Made by a program: the position numbers and the translations under genes. Below, in pieces: positions 57,895 to 64,000 of a stretch of DNA of 64,000 nt; the first letter of the stretch is position 1; the number at the start of each line of letters is the position of its first letter. Source of the stretch: a virus; the IMG/VR virus record IMGVR_UViG_3300021425_000006. One strand, written 5' to 3'. A model generated the notes under the pieces. The model was not told the origin of the DNA, searched no databases, and saw only the letters and a program-made list of their open reading frames with translations.

Positions 57895-57923
57895 ATATGT
57901 ATTAGTTGAGGAGAACTATACCC

Positions 57924-59129
57924 ATGAAAACTTGCGAAGATTGCTTAGAGTTATTAATAGGATTACATACAGGTCCTAAGTTCGATGTTGAATCGCCAGA
58001 TGTTAATTTTCTAGGTAGTATTGCTAGACAAACTTTTAGAGGTATTGGTTTTACAGATCGTCAATATGAAGCTGTTAAAGAAAAATTAACAGGAACATAT
58101 CAATCACAATTTGTAGAACACAATATAGATCTTAATGAGTGTATTAACACATTAAGAATTCCGTTAAGAAAGTTAGATCGAGCAAAATGGATCAAAGTAA
58201 TTGACAACGGGCAGGATGAACCTTATATTGGTGTACGATTTGTTTTTAGTAAAAAATTAATTGCTAAAAAAGAAAATTTAAAAAACAAAGTTGTGCATCT
58301 TGGATACGATAAACTTGAAAAGGTACATTCGTTCCAACTAACTGAATCTGCTATCTATCAAATAGTAGAAGAATTTAAAAATTCGCACTTTGATATTGAG
58401 GAACAATTACTTAACCAACATAGGAAGATAACAGAAATAATGCAAAACAAGAAAGACTATATTCCTGGTATATATAATTTTAATCTTAAGAACTTACATC
58501 AGAACGGTGTTAACTACGTTGTGTCAGCGTTAGGAGAACCGACGCCTAATAACTTATATAAGTTTTATGATAGAAGAGAATTACTAGGCCTATCTCACTT
58601 TGATCAAAATGACTTAGAACAAACTTTAAAATCTTTATTACCGTTAACTAAACGATTAATTCAACGAGAACAAACACATGTCTTAGTTAAGCCGTCTGAA
58701 TTTACTATTCATAATTTAGTAGAAACTATACTAGAATTATTTCGCTTTCCACTAGTAATTGTTCTAAATGAAAAGTATGCAAGAGACGAGCTTTACGAAT
58801 TTAATAGAGCATTTAACGGAATTATACCAAGTGATAATATGTCTGTTATGTTTAGATTAGAAAATAAAGAACCAGATGCAGTAGAGTTTAATCGCTATAT
58901 CAAAGAGAATAATTTAAACAATCCGGTTGACAAAAATACCAAAATAGTGTATATTAGTAATAATAAAGTTCCAAAACCGTTATTGACATCTGACTGGGTG
59001 CCAATCACAGGCATTACAACTGAGTCAAGGCAGCCACCTAAGATAGAAACTTATTTAGGTGCTCTTGATTTAGTGATGCATTACGACAACGATGTAGTAT
59101 GGAGAGGAAGTACAGTAGAAAAAATATGA
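57924..59129 (+). CDS. Hypothetical protein coupled to UvsW
   Basis: GAGGAG SD; ATGA overlap with helicase. Confidence 0.7.
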   Translation: MKTCEDCLELLIGLHTGPKFDVESPDVNFLGSIARQTFRGIGFTDRQYEAVKEKLTGTYQSQFVEHNIDLNECINTLRIPLRKLDRAKWIKVIDNGQDEPYIGVRFVFSKKLIAKKENLKNKVVHLGYDKLEKVHSFQLTESAIYQIVEEFKNSHFDIEEQLLNQHRKITEIMQNKKDYIPGIYNFNLKNLHQNGVNYVVSALGEPTPNNLYKFYDRRELLGLSHFDQNDLEQTLKSLLPLTKRLIQREQTHVLVKPSEFTIHNLVETILELFRFPLVIVLNEKYARDELYEFNRAFNGIIPSDNMSVMFRLENKEPDAVEFNRYIKENNLNNPVDKNTKIVYISNNKVPKPLLTSDWVPITGITTESRQPPKIETYLGALDLVMHYDNDVVWRGSTVEKI

Positions 59130-60586
59130 GTTGTAGATTAATAATACAAGACGAAGTAAACATTAAACTAGAAGGTTTAGATGTAGATGTACGCCGTAAA
59201 TTATCAAATGCATTGAAGTTTGAAGTACCATATGCAAGGTATATGCCGCAATATAAACTAGGTCGTTGGGACGGCAAGGTTGCATTTTTTGGTATAGGTG
59301 GTACAGGTTATGTTAATCATTTAGACACAGTAGTTTCAATATTACAAAAAGAAAATGTTGAAATAGTAGACATTGTAGATCAAAGACATCCTATACAATT
59401 AAACTTCACCCCAGTAACAAAAGATTACTGGAAGGATCGAGGCATCCAATGGCCTAAAGGTCACCCTGCAGAAGGTGAAGACATTATTCTACGTGACTAT
59501 CAGGTTGAAGCCATCAACAACTTCCTTGATAATCCGCAGAGCTTGCAACAGATTGCAACTGGTGCAGGTAAAACTATTACCACAGCAACATTAAGTCATA
59601 TCAGTGAGCCTTACGGACGTAGTCTTGTAATTGTGCCAAATAAATCTCTTGTTGAACAAACGGAAGAGGATTATATAAACTGTGGACTCGACGTCGGTGT
59701 ATACTTTGGTGATAGGAAACAACTTGGCAAGACTCATACTATTTGTACTTGGCAGAGCTTAAACATTTTAGACAAGAAAACTAAAGATGGTTCTGCTGTG
59801 CTGAGTCTTGCTGAATTTTTAGAAGGTGTAAGCACAATTATTATTGACGAAGTACACCAAGCAAAAGCAGAAGTATTAAAAAAATTACTTACACAAAACT
59901 TACGTAATGCTCCAATACGTTGGGGACTTACTGGAACTATTCCAAAAGAAAAGTTTGAGTTTGAAAGTATACATGCAAGTATTGGACCAGTCATTGGACA
60001 AATTACTGCAAAAGAATTACAAGACAAAGGTGTACTTGCTGAATGTCATGTTAATGTAGTACAGTTAATCGATGTTGTTGAACACAGAGATTATCAATCA
60101 GAATTAAAATATCTAGTAACAGATAGTAATAGGTTAGAATATATAGGCAAATTATTAAACACAGTTTCTCAATCAGGCAACACTTTAATATTAGTAGATA
60201 GAATTAGTGCAGGACAACAGTTAGCGGATCTTATTCCTGGTAGTACATTTGTTAGCGGCACAGTTAAAGTTAAAGACAGAAAAGAAACATACGACGAGAT
60301 TAAGGAAGGTACTAACAAAGTTATTATTGCTACATACGGTGTAGCAGCTGTTGGACTTAACATTCCTAGAATTTTCAATCTTGTACTTATTGAACCTGGC
60401 AAAAGTTTTGTTAGGGTTATACAAAGTATAGGTAGAGGCGTAAGAAAGGCAAAGGACAAAGACTTCGTGCAAATATGGGATTTAACATCTACATGTAAGT
60501 ATGCGAAGAGACATTTAACACAACGAAAAAAATTCTATAAGGAAGCACAATATCCTTTCACTATAGAAAAAGTAGAATGGAATTAA
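59126..60586 (+). CDS. uvsW: SF2 DNA helicase UvsW-like
   Basis: WDGK, LRDYQ, ATGAGKT, DEVH, GLTGT, QSIGRGVR. Confidence 0.92.
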   Translation: MSCRLIIQDEVNIKLEGLDVDVRRKLSNALKFEVPYARYMPQYKLGRWDGKVAFFGIGGTGYVNHLDTVVSILQKENVEIVDIVDQRHPIQLNFTPVTKDYWKDRGIQWPKGHPAEGEDIILRDYQVEAINNFLDNPQSLQQIATGAGKTITTATLSHISEPYGRSLVIVPNKSLVEQTEEDYINCGLDVGVYFGDRKQLGKTHTICTWQSLNILDKKTKDGSAVLSLAEFLEGVSTIIIDEVHQAKAEVLKKLLTQNLRNAPIRWGLTGTIPKEKFEFESIHASIGPVIGQITAKELQDKGVLAECHVNVVQLIDVVEHRDYQSELKYLVTDSNRLEYIGKLLNTVSQSGNTLILVDRISAGQQLADLIPGSTFVSGTVKVKDRKETYDEIKEGTNKVIIATYGVAAVGLNIPRIFNLVLIEPGKSFVRVIQSIGRGVRKAKDKDFVQIWDLTSTCKYAKRHLTQRKKFYKEAQYPFTIEKVEWN

Positions 60587-60589
60587 CAT

Positions 60590-61096
60590 ATGAGAATATT
60601 AACGCTAGAAAATAAATCGTTTGAACTAAACGATATGCCAGAACAGATTGAAGATGAAATACGATTTGCTGTATTAGATAACAGCGATCCTAGTAACACT
60701 GATTTCTTTTTTGTACCAATGATCTTTTTAGAATCATTTAGTGCGCCAGCAATGGTAATGGAAATTAATGGAAAAGAAATAATGATGCCAGTTGATTGGA
60801 GCATTGCAGTAGGTGATAGTGAAAGTGGATCTGACTTAGAAGTACTACCACTAACAAGTATTAATGATAGAGGATTTGAAGCATTCCTCTTTAATCCGTT
60901 AACAAGTTTTAAAGTTGACTTTGGCACTGTAAAGATTACTAACTTTTACTCAGATGTAAAATGGTATTTTCCAAAAGTAAAGAACGGACAGTTACTTTCA
61001 ATACCTATTACAGAAGGCGACAATCCTTTGTGTGCATTTTTTATTAAAGAGATAAGCAGACAAAGTGAAGTTATAGACTTTGGTCAGTTATTATAA
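60590..61096 (+). CDS. Hypothetical beta-rich protein
   Basis: ORF directly after uvsW. Confidence 0.65.
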   Translation: MRILTLENKSFELNDMPEQIEDEIRFAVLDNSDPSNTDFFFVPMIFLESFSAPAMVMEINGKEIMMPVDWSIAVGDSESGSDLEVLPLTSINDRGFEAFLFNPLTSFKVDFGTVKITNFYSDVKWYFPKVKNGQLLSIPITEGDNPLCAFFIKEISRQSEVIDFGQLL

Positions 61097-61106
61097 GGAG
61101 AAACAC

Positions 61107-61463
61107 ATGACTTTAAAAGCAGGAAAAATATGGGGTCAAACAGAACTGATTCACGCAAACGGTGTACTAGAGTTTCATCGTATTGAATATAAAGGTGGAT
61201 TTAAATGTTCAGAACACGAACACAAATTTAAATGGAACGGCTTCTTTGTTGAGTCAGGCAAGATGTTAGTACGTGTTTGGCAAGACGATCAAGAAGGATT
61301 AGTTGATGAAACTATTTTAAATCCAGGAGACTTTATGCAAGTAAAGCCAGGCAAAGTACATCAGTTTGAAGGAATAGAAGACGGTGTAGCATTTGAACTA
61401 TACTGGGCAGAGTTTAATCACGATGATATTGTTAGACGTACAGTAGGAAGTCCAGTTAAGTAA
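61107..61463 (+). CDS. Cupin-fold protein (sugar isomerase-like)
   Basis: KIWG, CSEHEH, FFVESG, PGKVHQF; AAGGAG SD. Confidence 0.75.
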   Translation: MTLKAGKIWGQTELIHANGVLEFHRIEYKGGFKCSEHEHKFKWNGFFVESGKMLVRVWQDDQEGLVDETILNPGDFMQVKPGKVHQFEGIEDGVAFELYWAEFNHDDIVRRTVGSPVK

Positions 61464-61990
61464 TGTACAGTAAAAAGTACATAGAAGAGCTTCGTATAAT
61501 ACATGCTGACAAAACACGACTCAAAGGGTTTGGCGGCAAGATGAAAGACTTAGGTGAATTTCATACTTATATGGACAAATGGAAGCCTTCTAGTGTACTC
61601 GACTACGGCTGTGGTAAAGGTACTATACTTGGTAAATTAAAAGAACAGTATCCAGACACAGGCTTTGCAGGATATGATCCTGCTGTAGTTTATTATGCAA
61701 ATGGTGCAACTGAAGTAGACTGTGTATTCAGCAACGATGTATTAGAACACATTGAGCCTGAATTTATTGGGCAAGTATTACATCATATAGATACACTTGC
61801 TAACAAGTACATATGGTTGCGTATCGATACACTACCAGCTCGTAAAAGATTATCAGACGGTCGCAATGCTCATTTAATAATTGAAGACCAAGACTGGTGG
61901 ACTGAAATGATACAACACAGCATAGACGGAATTGTAGTTTATAATAATGTTAATAAAAAAGGTAAACTAGATGTCGCAATCGAAAAATAA
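61463..61990 (+). CDS. Class I SAM-dependent methyltransferase, paralogue of 51511-52065
   Basis: LDYGCGKG, YDP, DVLEHIE, LSDGRNAHLI. Confidence 0.85.
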   Translation: MYSKKYIEELRIIHADKTRLKGFGGKMKDLGEFHTYMDKWKPSSVLDYGCGKGTILGKLKEQYPDTGFAGYDPAVVYYANGATEVDCVFSNDVLEHIEPEFIGQVLHHIDTLANKYIWLRIDTLPARKRLSDGRNAHLIIEDQDWWTEMIQHSIDGIVVYNNVNKKGKLDVAIEK

Positions 61991-62252
61991 AATGGTACCA
62001 GGTGCCGCACTAATATACGAACGTAACGACGGAGTTGTATATGCAAGATATAGAGACGCACCGCATAATAAATTACCACGTTGGATTATAGGTGGTGACC
62101 CAGCAGGGGTTGCTAGAGCACAAGGCGATTTGTTAAGTTATGCCGAATGGCAAGAATTGTGCGAACTATCAGAAGTTTATCCAACTTTAAAAAAATTATT
62201 AGATCAACTAGTAACAACATACTATACTGTTAAAGAAACTCAACATAACTGA
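61971..62252 (+). CDS. Hypothetical protein
   Basis: IYER.DGVVYAR motif; tightly packed. Confidence 0.6.
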   Translation: MSQSKNKMVPGAALIYERNDGVVYARYRDAPHNKLPRWIIGGDPAGVARAQGDLLSYAEWQELCELSEVYPTLKKLLDQLVTTYYTVKETQHN

Positions 62253-62265
62253 GTAAGGGGTTAAT

Positions 62266-63360
62266 ATGAACAATTATATTTTTACAAGCGAAAGCGTAAG
62301 CAACGGACACCCAGATAAGGTAGCTGATCAAATTAGTGATGCACTTGTTGACGCTGGTCTAAAAGCAGGAGACGAAACTACTCGTGTTGCTGTAGAAACA
62401 CTAGTAACTACTAACATGGTAACGTTAGCTGGAGAAGTAAAGAACTTTAATGTAAGCAAAGACGAAGTAAAAGAAATTGTCCGAAACAAAGTTAAAGAAA
62501 TTGGTTATGAACAAGATGGCTTTCATTGGGAGAACTTAAAAATTTATAATGAAATACATAATCAAAGTTCGGACATTGCATTAGGTACAGACGACTTTGG
62601 GGCAGGCGACCAAGGACTTATGTTTGGATATGCCTGCAACGATAATGAAGCATATATGCCTGCTCCAATATATTATGCACACAATATTTTAGAAACATTA
62701 AATACTGTTAGAAAAACTGTAGACTTTTTAGGACCAGATGCAAAGTCACAAGTAAGTATAGAGTATCAAGGACACAAACCAAAACGTGTTGATCAAATTG
62801 TTATCAGCACACAACACGCCGAAGGCAAAAACGACATAGCTTCGGCACTAGCACAACAGTCAGCAGTTGCTGTATTAGGAGACTTAATCGATGAAAAAAC
62901 TACATGGCATCTTAACCCTACTGGAAATTTCGTTATTGGTGGTCCTGACGGTGATGCAGGTGTTACTGGGCGGAAAATTATTGTTGATACTTATGGGGGT
63001 TTTGCTCCTCATGGTGGCGGTGCGTTTAGTGGCAAAGATCCCACCAAAGTCGACAGAAGTGCAGCCTACATGGCACGATGGCTCGCCAAAAATGTAGTAG
63101 CAGATGACATGGCAGATTGGTGCCAGATTCAACTAAGTTATGCAATTGGTGTTAAAGAACCTACTAGCATCTATGTTGACAGCAACGGACATAATCGAAG
63201 TATTGAAAAGTTTATTCGTAACGAAATTGATCTAACACCTAAAGGAATAATTGATAGATTTGATCTGTTTAACTTCCATGAGTATAGTGCTAATTGCGTA
63301 TACGGACATTTCGGAAATAAAGATGTTCCTTGGGAACAAATAGGATGGGAGAAATCATGA
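62266..63360 (+). CDS. metK: S-adenosylmethionine synthetase
   Basis: FTSESV..GHPDK.ADQISD, GAGDQG, GRKIIVDTYGG, GGGAFSGKD.TKVDRSAAY. Confidence 0.97.
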   Translation: MNNYIFTSESVSNGHPDKVADQISDALVDAGLKAGDETTRVAVETLVTTNMVTLAGEVKNFNVSKDEVKEIVRNKVKEIGYEQDGFHWENLKIYNEIHNQSSDIALGTDDFGAGDQGLMFGYACNDNEAYMPAPIYYAHNILETLNTVRKTVDFLGPDAKSQVSIEYQGHKPKRVDQIVISTQHAEGKNDIASALAQQSAVAVLGDLIDEKTTWHLNPTGNFVIGGPDGDAGVTGRKIIVDTYGGFAPHGGGAFSGKDPTKVDRSAAYMARWLAKNVVADDMADWCQIQLSYAIGVKEPTSIYVDSNGHNRSIEKFIRNEIDLTPKGIIDRFDLFNFHEYSANCVYGHFGNKDVPWEQIGWEKS

Positions 63361-63515
63361 GTGACAAACAATGGGTAGATGACAGTTTAATGTTAACTAA
63401 GTTGCACGACTTAGCAAGAGAACAAGATAGTAAAGAGCTACGAGAAATAGCAGACAGGTTTAGTGATCTAATAAACCGAGCTCAAGGTCGTAGACATTGG
63501 ACTGGCAATGAATAA
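63357..63515 (+). CDS. Small hypothetical protein
   Basis: ATGA overlap with metK stop; GGGAG SD. Confidence 0.55.
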   Translation: MSDKQWVDDSLMLTKLHDLAREQDSKELREIADRFSDLINRAQGRRHWTGNE

Positions 63516-63639
63516 ATGTAGTACATGTGGTGAAAGGGTATTTGAAATAAAGTATCATACCCCAGATCACCAACATGTATTTTGTGATGCATATTGCTCA
63601 CATGAATATTATAAACAAAGGAGAGACGATGAGACATAG
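63508..63639 (+). CDS. 43-aa Cys-rich protein (TRASH/YHS-like), absent from the ORF track
   Basis: MNKCSTCGERVFEIKYHTPDHQHVFCDAYCSHEYYKQRRDDET, overlapping both neighbours. Confidence 0.55.
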   Translation: MNKCSTCGERVFEIKYHTPDHQHVFCDAYCSHEYYKQRRDDET

Positions 63640-63853
63640 GATAGCAGGAGTAATCTTCCTAGCATTAGGAGTTTATTTTTTTATGCAAGATATGTTACCA
63701 CACTCAATGGGTGCTGGAGCAGCAATGGAAATGAATAATTCAACACATAGTAATACATTACTAGGCTTAGGAGAAATGACATGGATGTGGTTTACAATGG
63801 CACTTGTACATTTCTTTATACGTGATTGTAATTGTAAGGAGTGTTGCAAATGA
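63629..63853 (+). CDS. Small two-TM membrane protein, Met/His-rich loop, Cys-rich tail
   Basis: AAGGAG SD; two hydrophobic segments. Confidence 0.6.
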   Translation: MRHRIAGVIFLALGVYFFMQDMLPHSMGAGAAMEMNNSTHSNTLLGLGEMTWMWFTMALVHFFIRDCNCKECCK

Positions 63854-64000
63854 GAATAATTGCAGGACCGTGTCAACACGAATCACTAGATAAAAGTTAT
63901 GAAATTGCTAAAGAATGTAAACGTGTGTGCGATAAACTTGGCATTGAGTATTATTTCAAAGCAAGTTATGATAAAGCAAATCGCACAAGTGCATCTGGTA
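63850..64000 (+). CDS. kdsA: 3-deoxy-D-manno-octulosonate 8-phosphate synthase, 3'-truncated; absent from the ORF track
   Basis: MRIIAGPCQHES...YFKASYDKANRTS signature. Confidence 0.88.
   Translation, partial: MRIIAGPCQHESLDKSYEIAKECKRVCDKLGIEYYFKASYDKANRTSASG

Noticed and set aside
1-64000. CRISPR array, tRNA or rRNA genes
   Set aside because: No regularly spaced repeats; intergenic gaps are short and none shows a cloverleaf with T-loop by eye (tRNAscan not run)
1-64000. Stop-codon reassignment
   Set aside because: Core genes are full length in the standard code and end at TAA, TAG and TGA
62266-64000. Host chromosome junction at metK/kdsA
   Set aside because: Same composition, tight phage-style packing with small ORFs and overlapping starts; no integrase or att site visible

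Overview
AT-rich segment of a large T4-related myovirus genome (probably an aquatic jumbo-type phage; host not determinable from this window), standard genetic code. Left to right: (i) two giant paralogous virion/fibre proteins and a set of small fibre/adhesin genes (1-17.8 kb); (ii) a tailoring-enzyme cluster under a host sigma70-type promoter, comprising a U32-family Fe-S protein fused to a methyltransferase, two 2OG-Fe(II) oxygenases and a flavin-dependent halogenase (19.3-24.4 kb); (iii) more fibre genes and a subtilisin (24.9-29.8 kb); (iv) neck, tail, head-completion and terminase genes (30.9-47.8 kb); (v) gp32 SSB, UvsX, UvsY and UvsW, interrupted by and followed by a glycan-biosynthesis/methylation system (glycosyltransferases, four methyltransferases, cytidylyltransferase-cupin, MetK, start of KdsA). 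Best candidates for new biology: a late-expressed Kdo/methyl-glycan decoration system, the U32/halogenase/oxygenase cluster embedded among fibre genes, six phycobiliprotein-like (K/I)CxRD helical repeats and copper-site-like domains in virion proteins, apparently leaderless late transcripts (TAAATA-N4/5-ATG), and structured non-coding elements around the SSB gene. All protein calls come from motif recognition by eye; no database search was run.
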